DNA of 64,000 nucleotides from NCBI GenBank assembly GCA_905178155.1, contig CAJINV010000015.1:1299495-1363494 (forward strand), in the 5' to 3' direction. This stretch comes from Amoebophrya sp. A120 (Eukaryota > Protista > Dinoflagellata). Shown piece by piece: positions 27,301 through 39,150 of this stretch. Position 1 is the first letter of the stretch; every line of letters starts with the position of its first letter. A program made the translations under genes and the position numbers. Below the pieces are notes generated by a model, which saw only the letters and a list, made by a program, of their open reading frames with translations, was not told where the DNA came from and did no database searches.

Positions 27301-28544
27301 ACACTCATGTCTTTTTCCTCTTTCAACTTCTCTAAAATCGAATCAAACACCTTCGGCCGCACCTTATCAAATGCAAATATGTCTAGGTATCATGGAAACT
27401 TGTGATGCTAAAATGTGGATGATGGAAACAGTTTCGAATGCAACCTAGCATGACAACTTTCCAGAAGGCTTTCTCATAGACAATCCGCATAAGAAATAAC
27501 TGCGTTTGCATGTACAACAGAGGCTGCGACTTTTGTTGGTTATGCAATACAGATTTCCTAGGTATTTATAATGGCAAGCTGGCATTACAAGTTCCAACCT
27601 TCCAGACCCAGACATATTTGCATTTGATACACCTGATCGTCCTTCAACTCGATCAAACATCTCGTGTCGTTCACCGGATCGTGCGGATTCACCCCGTACG
27701 CCAGCAGCGCGGTGGCGAACGAGGGAAAATGCGGGTTGAAGTGCGATTCCGAGGCGGACTTGTCCACTGGAGCTGCTGCTGCTGCTGCTGTTCCGGTTGT
27801 TGATGTTCTTCCCGTACCGACGAGGAAATTGTTGTTTTCCAACTTCGCCTCTTCCGTGCCGACCTGCGCGATATCACCTGCTCAGCTGCTACAATCTCAA
27901 ACATTAAAATAGAATATGGAAATCTGTGATGCAAGAGTGCATGTTCTAGCCCATTCTCATAGGATTGCGCATGACAAGTTCCAGAGTCCCAAACCCCACT
28001 ACAATGAATCTGGCGAAATTTGTATTGCAGAAAGTGACACCCTCTGCGAGTCAGTCATGCTCATCATGCAACAGAAGTTTCAAATTCTATTGTAACGGTT
28101 GAGATTGTAACACCTGAGCGCGTTATACGCGAGGAAAGCCTTTTCGAATTCCAGATCGGAATCGTTTGTTCCGTCATCTAAAGCTCCGAGCAGTGGTGTT
28201 GTGCTCCCCCCACCGATCATCGTTTCCGCAGTGGAATCCACCGCGAATTGCTGTGACTCGCCGGCGATACTACTACCACCGGCGAGGTAGTAGTTTTTGG
28301 ACCCGGTAGTTCTTGAGGAAGTAACAGAGGTGAGATCGTTATCCTCCTCCGATTGGGTGATCTCCACCCAGCGCCTTTGCAGCGCAAACGCCGAGTACTG
28401 TTCCTCGGCGCTCTGCTGGAGGTCTTCATCCTCGAGGTCGGCGGCGATAGATTGGAATTCCTCTGCGATTTTTGGCCAGCTAGAACTGCTGTCGCCAAAC
28501 TCGGCAACGAGCTGCTTTAGGAAGTCGTCGAGGGAGGAATCCAT
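15351..28544 (-). CDS. Large multi-exon protein with several degenerate nucleoside-diphosphate-kinase-like (NDK) domains; at least 22 introner introns
   Basis: NDK-like segments IAFRGPDCVELIREIVGPSPEIARRTDPKSLNARFG, EQSCAVVVKNASLLGELILQALRKGL and SEDGASIVVLIRG. First exon MDSSLDD (ATG 28544); last exon ends DDLFFA* (15351). Could be more than one gene. Confidence 0.6.
15462..15726. mobile_element. Introner family A
   Basis: TIR; perfect DR GCCAG. Confidence 0.9.
15774..16025. mobile_element. Introner family E (TIR ...GTTACAATYTYAAACGTTACAATAGAAT)
   Basis: ~44-bp TIR; perfect DR CCGTC; frame restored (SEDGASIVV). Confidence 0.9.
16152..16478. mobile_element. Introner family D (TIR ...AAAATCCCCCCTCCCCATATCG)
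   Basis: TIR; diverged DR TGCAG/TCCAA; internal similarity to 32861-33181. Confidence 0.8.
16549..16794. mobile_element. Introner family A
   Basis: TIR; perfect DR TCCAG. Confidence 0.9.
17352..18602. mobile_element. Non-autonomous TIR DNA transposon with 8-bp TSD (hAT-like), nested in an introner
   Basis: 12-bp TIR CATGACTTGCAA/TTGCAAGTCATG; perfect 8-bp TSD AATGTTTT (17344-17351, 18603-18610); no long ORF. Confidence 0.8.
17902..18055. repeat. Perfect 66-bp inverted repeat with 22-nt loop
   Basis: 17902-17967 is the reverse complement of 17990-18055. Confidence 0.9.
18802..19066. mobile_element. Introner family A
   Basis: TIR; perfect DR CCCGG. Confidence 0.9.
19103..19372. mobile_element. 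Introner family A
   Basis: TIR; DR TTTGC/CTTGC. Confidence 0.88.
19619..19874. mobile_element. Introner family A
   Basis: TIR; DR ATATT/ATCTT. Confidence 0.88.
20082..20357. mobile_element. Introner family A (diverged)
   Basis: Imperfect TIR; DR TCCGG/TCCGC. Confidence 0.8.
20594..20813. mobile_element. Degenerate introner (family C-like)
   Basis: TATGGTGTGCAAAAGT...ACTTTTGCACTCCGTA; DR decayed, but removal of the element +5 nt restores the frame (KLPSESFYYFN). Confidence 0.65.
21680..21961. mobile_element. Introner family B
   Basis: TIR; perfect DR TTTTC; inverted relative to 7349-7628. Confidence 0.9.
22698..22847. mobile_element. Introner family C (TIR TATSCWNTGCAAAAGTATCGTACT)
   Basis: TIR; perfect DR TAGAA. 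Confidence 0.9.
22890..23152. mobile_element. Introner family A
   Basis: TIR; perfect DR CAAGT; inverted relative to 409-679. Confidence 0.9.
24359..24681. mobile_element. Introner family D
   Basis: TIR; perfect DR GCCGT. Confidence 0.9.
24739..24897. mobile_element. Introner family C
   Basis: TIR; perfect DR CCGCT. Confidence 0.9.
24996..25275. mobile_element. Introner family B
   Basis: TIR; perfect DR TTGCG. Confidence 0.88.
25683..25832. mobile_element. Introner family C
   Basis: TIR; perfect DR CTTCA. Confidence 0.9.
25897..26119. mobile_element. Introner family F (TIR TATGASAGTGCACA...CCCCTCCCCCTCATT)
   Basis: TIR; perfect DR AGAAC. Confidence 0.9.
26203..26418. mobile_element. Introner family F
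   Basis: TIR; perfect DR TGCGG. Confidence 0.9.
27008..27289. mobile_element. Introner family B
   Basis: TIR; DR GCGTT/GCGTC; inverted relative to 24996-25275. Confidence 0.88.
27365..27629. mobile_element. Introner family A
   Basis: TIR; perfect DR CACCT. Confidence 0.88.
27872..28127. mobile_element. Introner family E
   Basis: TIR; perfect DR CGCGA; close copy of 15774-16025. Confidence 0.9.
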
Positions 28545-29005
28545 ATTAGTTTTTGGTTTTCAAATTTTGACAGAAGAACTTTGGGGAAAGAAGAACTATT
28601 GCGAGACTAGCTTTAGCAAAAGAACAGAAGGTAAAAACTCGCTCCCAATAATTTGTGCCACTTTGCTCTCATCTTTTTGCGCATTTTCAGAATGAGAAAC
28701 TGAAGTCCGTTTTGGTATCACTCAAGCTCCGCAAGGCCGTCTCAGATGAAAATGGTAAATGGCAACTCGAGTTGTACTCTGCAGGTTTTTGAAGAGGCAG
28801 CACACTGCCCATTTTAATTCCGCTCAATCAGGAGCTTCGCTGCTCTAGTTCTAGTTCCGGGCAGTAATACAGAACATGCGGTAGTTCAGCCGACTACAGG
28901 CAACACTGCTCTCAAGGCAGGCGTGTGGTCGGGAAGCAGTGTCGCAGTACTGTGTATGGTGCATGCGAAGAAGAACCCGCACAAATTGCGCAAAAACCAT
29001 GATTC

Positions 29006-32000
29006 TCAGCACCGTTCGAAGGTTTTGTAAATTTGGTCCAAATTCACCACCTCATGCACGATTTTCCCCGCAAACTTCCGCCCGCCGCCTGCTTCCATCG
29101 CATCTTCAAGTTGCGTGTTGGCATTCTTTCCCTTCGAAAGTTTCACTTCACCCTCTACTTCTTTGCACTCAAACCGCTTCGGCACGCGGAACCAGGGCGC
29201 CAGATGGATCGTCCGCCACTGCTCGTGCAGGAGGGTTTCGATTGCGGGGTCGGGTTGCTGCTGCTGCTGATGCTGGGATTGGGAAGTGAGGTTTGTATTG
29301 CTCGAGGTGGTGCTAGTACTCACTGTCGCCGTTGAACCGTTTCTTGGCAACACCGCATTGCAAACGAACTTTGCGACCCGCCGAAAGATTTTCTCGTGCT
29401 GCACTTTGTTATGCGAAACGGGTGATATTATCGCTGGTTTTTCACCCTTTGTCTTCCCTGACAGCAATAGCACCGCGATATCCGCGAGAAACGCCGGCAA
29501 CTGCGACAACAGCTTCTTCATGTCCACCGTCCGGAAGCAGTACAGGTTCGGGAGGTGGGTCAGAAAAAGATCTGTTGCTGGTGTTTCAGACTCAGCGGTG
29601 TCTTGGTCTTGCTTCTGATCCGCATGAGAAGCAGCAGCTCCATCTCCTTCTTCCTTTCTTTCATCTGCAACAGGATAGAAATGGATTCCACAATTGTCAG
29701 CAAGGAACTGCTTGTGCGCATTGAACGTCTGCGCGATCTTCTGGATGGTCTGGCTTCTTTCTGCATTCCTGCTCTGCTCATCACTTTCTTTCTCCTGATC
29801 GGCATGATCTTTCTCCTGCCTGTGATTTTCCTCGTTCTCCTTCTCATCGGTGGAAGAAGCATGGAACCCAGCTGGCCTTCCATCAGACGACGACGCTCCA
29901 CAACCAGACAACTCCAGCAACCTGCGCAAGCTCAACCCGGTAAGAGTACTGGTGCCTTTCTGGGATACGGCAGCAGTCCCCGTCTTCCCGCTTGCTCCTC
30001 CACCTAGCTTCAGTAGTGGAAGAAGGGAAGTGGAAGTAGAAGTATTTGCGGTTCTTGCGCCTCCTCCTGCTGCATCATTACTCTCAGCCGCAACCGCCAT
30101 GTACAAGTTTTTCCGCTTTTCAAAGGCCCGAAAAGCCAGCAACAACAAAAGCTGAAACGTTGCTTCCTCCGCGATGATTTTCAAATTTACCAATACGCAC
30201 CGCGGCCCGGTCTGCAACAAAACTTTCTCCTCGTTCACCACCCCGATCCAAATGGATTGCTGCAATTTCCGGGTCAAGTCCTCGGAATAGGTCGCGTTGT
30301 TCAAATGCTTTTCGTAGTAATGGAGGAAGGGATTGCTTCTCGTTTCTTGTTGGCCGCTCTTATTTGTTTCGTTCTCCTCACCGCCACCTGCGTCGCCGCC
30401 CCGAGATATTCCTTGTTGTCCAACGACCCCTGCTGAGTTTTGCGACAATCCTGTCGCCGCAGTCTGAGAAGATGATGCTCCAGAAGTAGAGGACACAAGC
30501 GGCACGATGTGTTTCCGCACGAATTTCTCGTGAAAGGTGAACTTCAGCAGATTTTGCAACTGCGTGGACGTAATTTGGTTCCAGAAATCCTTGACCGATG
30601 GCTGCTTCGTGTCGTTCCGGACCCGGGTAACGTGCTTGCTTAAAGGGTCGAAGTTGTCGTCCTTTTTGTCATCTCGGCCTTCGATTTTCCGCTTTTTGTT
30701 ATTCATCTGTGCTGTCGATTGCTGCGACTCGACGAGTTGAGAATCTCCTTGGCCGGCCCCCTGATCTGCATCGTCCCCCTCCTCCTCCCCCTCTTCCTTG
30801 ATTTTCCGCAAATTGCTCGTGATTTTCACAATATCCCAGCTCTTCGTCGTGACAGCAGCACTACTACTACTTTTCGATGTTTTTATCCCCAAATTCGCCA
30901 GCGTCCGGTTATCAGTCGATTTCTCCTTCAGCAATTCCTTGATCCTTCGCTGCAATAAATCACAAATCAAATTCGAGTCCAGCATGTGCACGTCCTTTTT
31001 CGTCGGGTGGATATTAACATCCACCGCCGACCCATCGATTTTCAAATCCATGTAGACGAAAAACCGCGTCATATTCGCGGCAGTGGAACCCTGCGCGGTA
31101 TTCGAGGAGGATGAAAACCCGCTCGCGGACTCGGAGATCGCAGTCGCCTGCTTGTACCCTTCCCGGACGGCGCGAAGAATGCTTTGGTTTTCCACCAGTC
31201 GGTTGTTGACAAACAATATCAATTATCAAGTGCAAATATGTCTGAGTCTGGGAGGCTGCGAAATTTGTCATGCTAGTCGGGCATGAATCTGAAATCTGTA
31301 TTGCGTGGCCGCGAGAAGCTCCTCCTGCGCCTGCCTGTCATGCAGAAACGCAGTTTCTCATGCGGAGTACGCAACTCAGAACCACGGAAGACGAAGAACC
31401 TGTCATGCTTGGCAGCGCCTTACAGGGTGCTCACTGTTCCCTTCCTTGCATCACAAGTTTCCAGACCCAGACATATTTGCACTCGATATCAATTTCTGGC
31501 TGTTCGCGGGGTTCGAATTCGATGCCCCCATCGCGGAGGCGGTCGCGTTGCTCAAATCGGAGATATATCAAGTGCAAAAATGTCTGGGTCTGGAAAAGTG
31601 TAAACTTGTCATGCAGATTTTCCATGACCCATGAGGTCTGGAATGCGGGACTTAGCATGACAGACTCTGCGAGGTCTCTGCCATGCCTATCCTGCATGAG
31701 AAACTCCCTTCCAACTTGGTCAAAGGTGGACAGCTTTTGGCACTCATGCAACACAGATTTTTGCATGCTTCAGATTTACCATGACAAGTTGCCACCGTCA
31801 AGACCCAGACATATTTGCATTTGATAAGATAATCGCGTGGATTTTCAAACCGTGCAAGGAATTGCTGGAAGACGTGAAATCCTTTTCGTCGTCGAATATA
31901 CTGTCGTGATTTTTTAGGTTGTTTTCAACTTCAAATTCGTCATCGACATCTTCCTCTCCTGGGCAGATGGTTAAATCTAGAAGCGAAGACGAGGAGGAAG

Positions 32001-33287
32001 ACGAGCTTGAACCAGAACCGCCGCCGCCACTGCTAGAGAAAGCTCCTCCTAATCCTCTTCCATACGCCGGCAACACCATTCCAATCACGTTTTCCTTCTT
32101 CGTGAAGATCGTCCCGGGCGTTTTCAGATCGAACGGCTTGTTCATCGCGCTGGACAAATCCCCACCCACCGTGTTCCCAACATTACCTTTCCGGATGGAA
32201 AAGGACACACTCGGGTAGTGGATGGCGTAATTCTGGACAATTTCTAAACATTTCCTATATTCATCCGAGATGGAATTTCGTTGTTTGAAAATCTCCCGTC
32301 TGACTGGGTTGTTGAAAAAGAGATCGGAGAATTCAATCGTCGTGCCCGAGAGTTGTTGCCGGATCAAAGCGTGATTTGTGAAGGAAATCTGCTTGATGCC
32401 GTTACTGGTACTACCGCTTGTGTAGTTGCTATTGATGTTCCCTGAAGATGAAACCAACTCTCCGTTCAAGTACTTCGCTTCGCTCGCTAATTTCGCTGTT
32501 TTCGTTTTCGTCACAACCGTAACCCTCGCCGAATGGGACAAGGAAGACAACGCTTCCCCCCGGAACCCGAACGTGGAAATCGTTTGGAGGTCCTTGTACT
32601 GCTTCAACTTCGACGTTGTGAACCGGTGGCACAGAATCGGTAGGTCCTGCTTTTGAATGCCGTGTCCGTCATCTTCAATCTTCACCTGCAGGAGGTTGTA
32701 CTTTTGTTGTTTAGACGAACTGGAACTGCTTGTCGCGCTCGTGAAAACCTTCTCCTCGCCGATGGTGATGTTGATATTGTAGCACCCCGCGTCGATGCTG
32801 TTTTCTATCAGCTCCTTCAACGCGTTGCAAGGCCGGATCACCACTTCCCCAGCGGCGATTTATCAAAGGGAAAAATCCCCCCTCCCCATATCGAAACGAA
32901 GTTTCTGATGCTGGATTCCCGTACACAAATCAGGCCTGTCTTGCTGGAGAGGACTGCAGGCATATGCCAAGCCTGGGTCGAGAGGTTTTGACGTAGGGGA
33001 CTAGCATGGCAGATGTCGGCTCTGTAAGCCCAGCAGCATCACAAACCGCCGGCACAATGCGGCGGACTCTCTGGCTTTGCCTTCTTGCAAGACAGACAGG
33101 ATTTGTGACCTCAAATCTGCATCACAAATTTTCAGACGAATGCGTTTTCAATATGGGGAGGGGGGATTTTTCTTCTCAATACGATTTGGTTAATCGTTTC
33201 CTCGGATAGTTTCTCGATTGGGCGGGAAAAAGTGTCGGCTTGTTGGTCCGATATTAGCCCGGAGGAGGCTTCGGGGAGGGCGAGCAT
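29006..33287 (-). CDS. MLH1: DNA mismatch repair protein MLH1 (MutL homolog), 4 exons
   Basis: After removing three introners: [70 protein letters not shown], and the MLH1-diagnostic C-terminal FERC*. Start at 33287 is assumed. Confidence 0.95.
31224..31488. mobile_element. Introner family A, MLH1 intron 3
   Basis: TIR; perfect DR TCAAT; splice gives [13 protein letters not shown]. Confidence 0.92.
31566..31826. mobile_element. Introner family A, MLH1 intron 2
   Basis: TIR; perfect DR AGATA; splice gives IHAIISDLSN. Confidence 0.92.
32861..33181. mobile_element. Introner family D, MLH1 intron 1
   Basis: TIR; perfect DR CGATT; splice rebuilds the conserved NQIAAGEVV motif. Confidence 0.93.
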
Positions 33288-34180
33288 TCTGTCTTTTGTG
33301 ATGGGTTTAGTGGCTGCGATGAAAATTATAGATCTGAAAGCGTATGCGTAATGAATCAAGCGGGAACGAACATAAATTCTTTGTAGCAGCGGCAGAAAAA
33401 ATCTTCACACAAACAGTCGGTAAACTGACCTACACTTCGCTCGCAGCTCTATCGATGTGAATAAATCGGGGCAAACCGAAAATGGTCAAAACTCTTGAAG
33501 ATGTGGGAAAGCAAAATTTAGCACGACGTAAAAAGCATCAGAAGTCAGTCCTCATCTCAACAACTCTTCTACCAACAAAAAGAGGACGCGCATCTTTCAG
33601 CTCGCCAAGGCAGATTTGGACTTTTTTGTCCCTCCAGTTCCTGACTGACTTTGACTTCATCTTCGTCGGACCCTGATTCTATAGAAAACGATGAGACTTC
33701 AGTGTGTAGACGAGACAAAGACCAGAACACTACTACATCAGCGGAGTTCTTGTCGTCGCAAGTTCATATACTTTCGTGAAGTTCAAATTTCCTTCTTGCC
33801 TTTTGCACGCGAGACAAAAACTTCTGCCGCGTCAAAATTCGATGGTTTCACTGGAGGGATAAGATGTACTACTTACCCGGTTCTTGACGCTATCTTTTGA
33901 CAATCACCCAAAGAAGATGATTTGGTGATAAACGTTGTGACTTTGAGATACTCTAGACAAGCGCGCTACTTGCAACGCCCGTTTGTGACTTTATTTCGTG
34001 ACAAAAACGACTGAGTTGAGCCTTGTGATGCAGCGTGCTGCAGCGTTTCCGACTTCTTTGTTACTTTCGACAAAAAAAACCGACGACGTGACTTTTTGCG
34101 TCACTTCTATGCATTTTCGCATAACAAGTTTTCGAGTGCCATATATTTTTCCCAAGAACATCATGTTTGGCACTCTCCAT

Positions 34181-37100
34181 CTAAAGCGCTGATTTCTCCT
34201 TTTTTTCACCCTTCGTTCGGGTTATCCCTGTGCCGCCTGTCTCTTATGGATGTGTCAGGTTTGAAATCGTCAAAGTTGAAATAGTTTGTCATGCATAAAA
34301 CGGATACCAGTTAGACCTACAGTTTGTAGTCGGTGCATGACAAATTTTCCCGATCCTGGAAGCGAGTCTGTCATGCGGTTTAGGGCAAAGGAGCTGCCTT
34401 CTGTCATGCTAGTTAGCAGTCCAACTCTTGACCCTTACCAGGACTACAATCTGCCTCCCGTGGGTCCTCTGCAATAGAGTCACTTTTTGTGTCGCATTTT
34501 ATGCATTGCAAATTATTTCAACTTTGACGATTTCGATTCTGACAGTTCCATATCTCTGTCCTGCACGATATCCCCGATTCCCCTCTATCAAATGTAAAAG
34601 TGTCTGGGTCTGGAAGGATGTAACCTGTGATGCGCATTTCAGAACACACAAAAATCTCTCATGCATAGGTAGCAAAAGCTACTCACTTTCTGTCACCAAA
34701 ATGGGGGATTTGTCATGCGGGTTCGGCATTGCGGAAGCTTCTCGAGACCTGTGATGCTAGAGCTTCCATGCCAGACCTTCTGTGTCATGCAGAAACAGCA
34801 TGACTCTTCCAGACCCAGACATTTTTGCAGTTGATACCCTCGGCCGCGCAACTAACTGCTGGTTCGCTGCGCGGTGCTGCTGCTCGAGGAAATTGTTAGT
34901 GTTCGCGTTTATTCCCGCCCCGCGTTGCTCCCAATTGGTGAAGTTTGGAGCTACAGCATGATGTTGGTTCCCCAGCTGCCCCCCCGCACCACCGCCGCGC
35001 GCCTGCGTTGCGCCAATCGCTTGTTGGACGCTACCGGGAACAGTTCGCCCCGCCCCGGCTGCGCCGCCAGCTGGAAGAGGTTCTAGCTGCTGACTACCAT
35101 GTAGATCCTGTGCATGCGGCACCGGTTCTACCGTCCCATACCCCGTGTTCTGCAGATCCCGGAAAGCTTGCTCCGTTTCGATATCAAATGCAAAAATGTC
35201 TGGGTCTGGAAAAATGCAACTTGTGATGCTGCATTTGGATGTCTACAAAATTTGTGTTGCATAAGCAGCAAAAGGATTCTGATTTTTGCTACGCGTGGAG
35301 GGCATTTGTCATGCCGAATAGGCATCAAGAATCCCTCAAAAAACCTGTGATGCTAGGGCATGCATCACAGACATCATGGCTCATGCAAACCGTGCATGAC
35401 AAGTCTCAGAATCTTCCAGACCCAGACATTTTTACATTTGATATTCCAGGAGTTTTTTCTTGATTTCCTTGTATTTCTGGTAGTCCTTCTCTATGGGGAG
35501 AATATCCTTGTGGTACTTGATTTTCCGGTGGTTTTGCGTCAGGAAATCGTCCTGGTACTTCTGGAGTTTGTCCCGGATAACCGCTTTCTGCCGCTGCAAC
35601 TCCTCGTGCTTGCGCTGTAACTCATTGTACTCGTGAGCGTGGCGCAGGGTGCTGTGATGTTTGTCATGCAGAGCAATGCATATACAATGTTGAAATGTTG
35701 ATGGTATTCTGCAGTACAGAAACTACTTATCACAAAAAAGAATACGTTTGTTCCCGCTGCTCTCTCTGTTGCCGGTCCCGCGAGCCCCCCGGATCGCGCT
35801 GCTCGCGCAAATGTGACTCAGGGCTGCGCATCGGGTACACTTCGCGAAAGTGGCTTGAGGTTGGGGTGTGGTGGCTGTGAAGATATGTATTTGCTTTTTC
35901 ATTTTCTTTTGATGCACACCTAGGCATTATCCTGAGCATTTGTTATGGACAGAGGACACACATCACAGTTCTTCGAGCGAATGTTCTTCATGAAAACACA
36001 TTGTACTCTTGCACGCCCGGCTGCACGGTAGTGCCCCCCGCTCCGCCGGTAGACGACGCGGAGCCGCCGATCGTCAACACCCCACCCGACGGTGTTAATC
36101 TCGTCACGCCACCACTTGTGGTACCAGGCGGCGACCCACGGGCACCGGGCGGCTGCAGGTTCGCCGCAATATTACTTCCCCCTCGTTCCGGTGAGGACTG
36201 CACGTTTTGCGTCAGCGCCGATTCCGTGCGGCTGAAATCGCCCTGACTCGAACCCTGCCCGTCCTGTACCCGAAACACCGGGCTGTGCCCATACCCCGGG
36301 CTCTGCTGCGCCGTGTACCCACTCTGAGTTCCCGGGCTAAAGCTACTGGTTCCCCCCGGATGGCCAACGGACGGACTGCTGGCGGACGGGGAGGAGGCCG
36401 GGGGGTGTAGTTGCTGCTGCTGGTGCATAATTGCTGCATTATTCCCTTGCTGGTGGTTCTGCGGCTGCGTTTGCACGGAAGATGATGGTGCTCCTCCGCC
36501 GGGGGAAACTGCAGCAACTCCGGGGCTGGATCTGATGTTCGGATTTGGATGGTTACTGTTCCCGTAGTCCGACTCCATTTTTGTCCAGTCGTCACTCGGA
36601 CTCGGCTGCTGGCTACTGTTAGCAGGTCGTGCGGTTCCACCGCCGGCGCGCTGGTTGTACTTCTCCCTCGTGTCGAGAATCATTTTCACCAACCTGTAGT
36701 AGGTGTACAAGGGTCGCATGGGCTCTTTCTCCCGCCGGTTTGGGACTTGCCCTATCAAATGCAAATATGTCTGGGTCTGGAAAAAAACAGCGCTTGTCGT
36801 GATGCACATTCTGCATGACCCATAATGTCTGTGATGCATGCCCTAGCATCACAGATCTGTTGAGGGCTTTCTGATGCCTGTACTGCATGAGAAATGCCCT
36901 CTCCGTGTAGCAAAAAATGGACCTCTTTTGCTGGTCACGCAATACAGATTCTTTGTAGAATCCAAAGGCAGCATCACAAGTTGCAACCCTCCAGACCCAG
37001 ACATAAGTATTTGCATTTGATATGCCCGTAGTGGAGCTTAAACCACTCGTCGAACTCCTTGAGTTTTTCCTTCACCCGTTTTTTCTCGTGGTACAGACTC

Positions 37101-38340
37101 GACAAGTCCATTTTATCGAGTGCAAAAATGTCTGGGTCTGGAAACCTGTGATGCTGTTTGGCGAATCATGTGGACGCCTTCATTTTTGACAGCCAAGCAT
37201 GACAAGTTTTGGAGTTGCTATAGTGTTGCCTATCTGCATGACACACTGCGTTTCTGCATGACAAAGAAATGTGGCTTTTGTGTGGCGCGCATAACAGACT
37301 TGAGAGCCATGCTAGCTGTGCATGACAAACCCTACATTCTTCCAGACCCAGACATATTTACATTTGATACATTTGCTCCACAACCGATTTGTGGTGCTGC
37401 AGATCCTTCGGGAGATTTAACGCGCGGATCGCTTCCAGGAGCTTGCGTTCGCCGTCTGATATATGATAAATTTCGTTTTTTCTCGTCTTCGCAGAGGCTG
37501 TGCTATGTGTATGAAAAATTCCATGATGCGCATGACAAAATCTTCATGTAAGTATCTGTACCTCTCTTCATCTGCGTGTTCATGTCCCCACCGCCGGTAT
37601 CAACCGGGCTGGTGTTGGGCGGCGTTGCATTAGCCGGGTAGACGTCTGGAATACCATTGGCGACCCTGCCGCCGCTCTGCGAACCCCCGGAAGGTGGCGA
37701 TATAATTCTTGCTCCCGGGGTTTTGTTGTTGAGCGACGTTTGTATTGGCCTTGCCGGGTCGTACTCCAGCTTCTCTTCGTCATCTATCAAATCTTCACCA
37801 ATTTGCACTTCATTCGCCCAATTTTCGTTCAACGGAAAATCGGCCTGCAGCACCTGAAAGTGGTTTTGATATTTTGCACAATCAATTCTCTTTCTCGTCG
37901 TCAACTATCACGCCACGCCGCGCAAGCTGCATCAGCAAGTGGTCTTCATGTCATCCGAATAAGTAGTAAAGCAACATGACGAAAAACAATACCGTTGCTA
38001 TGGTGAAGTCGAGCGGCTGCGTCAAAAAACCTCCGTGGTCATCTACTGTACTAGTACCGCTTCCAAAAAAACCTTCCATGAGCCGCGATATCGAGCTGTT
38101 GATGCAGTGATCCACTTCCGACTGGGACGATGACGATGCAGAGGCGCCACTAGCACCTCCTTGGTGGAAATTCGGTCCTCCGGAAGAACCCGCTCCCCCG
38201 CCGCCTGGGACGGAAGCCGGGCTGCTTCCCGTTGTTGAAAAGCTGCCATGCTGGTGTCCTGTACTAGAACTGCTAGGAAAACTACTCCGGTGCGGGTTCG
38301 GGTGCGTGCTCGATTGCGCCGCCGAGTTGCCGGTCAGCAT
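34181..38340 (-). CDS. FAM13-like protein (two FAM13 C-terminal-type helical repeats), multi-exon; both ends approximate
   Basis: Spliced exons give EKKRVKEKLKEFDEWFKLHYGQVPNRREKEPMRPLYTYYRLVK and QKAVIRDKLQKYQDDFLTQNHRKIKYHKDILPIEKDYQKYKEIKKKL, which fit the FAM13A/B/C C-terminal repeat pattern. Confidence 0.65.
34223..34570. mobile_element. Introner-like inverted-repeat element (distinct family)
   Basis: TATC...GATA termini; subterminal IR GAAATCGTCAAAGTTGAAATA; several YTGTCATGC motifs; DR not preserved. Confidence 0.55.
34586..34836. mobile_element. Introner family A
   Basis: TIR; perfect DR CCCTC. Confidence 0.88.
35182..35443. mobile_element. Introner family A
   Basis: TIR; DR TTCGA/TTCCA; frame restored (KLLETEQAF). 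Confidence 0.9.
36753..37022. mobile_element. Introner family A
   Basis: TIR; perfect DR TGCCC; frame restored (HYGQVPNR). Confidence 0.9.
37114..37369. mobile_element. Introner family A
   Basis: TIR; perfect DR CATTT; frame restored (EQMDLSS). Confidence 0.9.
37460..37554. other. Short degenerate introner-type intron
   Basis: DR TCTGA/TCTGT; contains GCATGACAA; removal gives RGTDGERKLLEA. An alternative GT-AG intron 37498-37561 also fits the frame. Confidence 0.5.
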
Positions 38341-39150
38341 CTTCGTGGCGGTGAAAAAGCTCCTGAATTATCCGGGTCGCTGCTACAAGTAGAAGCACCC
38401 CCCGAGAGCGAACAAGCGACGGGGATATTAGGCTGCGGCGATAATTCGCGGTCACGTACGTTAGAACCAAATGCGGTCGTGGTCCGCCCTGTTCTTGCGC
38501 TGAATCAAACAAAAAGAACTGGGTAGTGCTAGTGCGGATGTAGTCTTCAACATGAGTGGTTTTACATTTTGTAAAGCGACTTTGAAATCTTACATGGGCT
38601 GCATAGGTATTGTATGAAAAGTTCGTTTTAGAAGTGCGATCTGAAAAAACACGACATTGCGCAATTGCTTTAAGTAGTTCTATTCCTGCCCGCGGCCTAA
38701 ACGAAATAGATTGTCATTGTATAGACTGAGGTACGAAGGACTTAGTCGGTTGTGAAAGAGAAGAGTCACGTCGTCTTTGGTACAGCTATTACCAGTCGTG
38801 CTTCACGTCCATAGCAAGAAACCTTACAAGAGAAACAAAGCTTTTTTTGTTCAAAATTTGAAACCAACGCACACTGAAACACCTCAAGCACAATTCTCTC
38901 AAGAAAAGAACCAACAAGACATTGAGACGCACGAACAGTCGAGGACGTAGCGAAAGCCTGATTTGAAGTTACAGGCGAGTCTTGATCTCGCCCGGCGGGC
39001 CGGTGACCATTTTATAAATTTGTAATTTACATGCATTTGGTTGTTGCGTTCCAAAAAGTTTTCCCCACCAAAAGTAGTACTTAGAATGCAAAAATCACGA
39101 AAATCCGTCACATTCATATTGTCAAAGCCAGCCGCACCTTCAAAAATTGA

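Noticed and set aside
29006-33287. MLH1 as a fragmented pseudogene
   Set aside because: All three interruptions excise cleanly and restore conserved motifs through to FERC.
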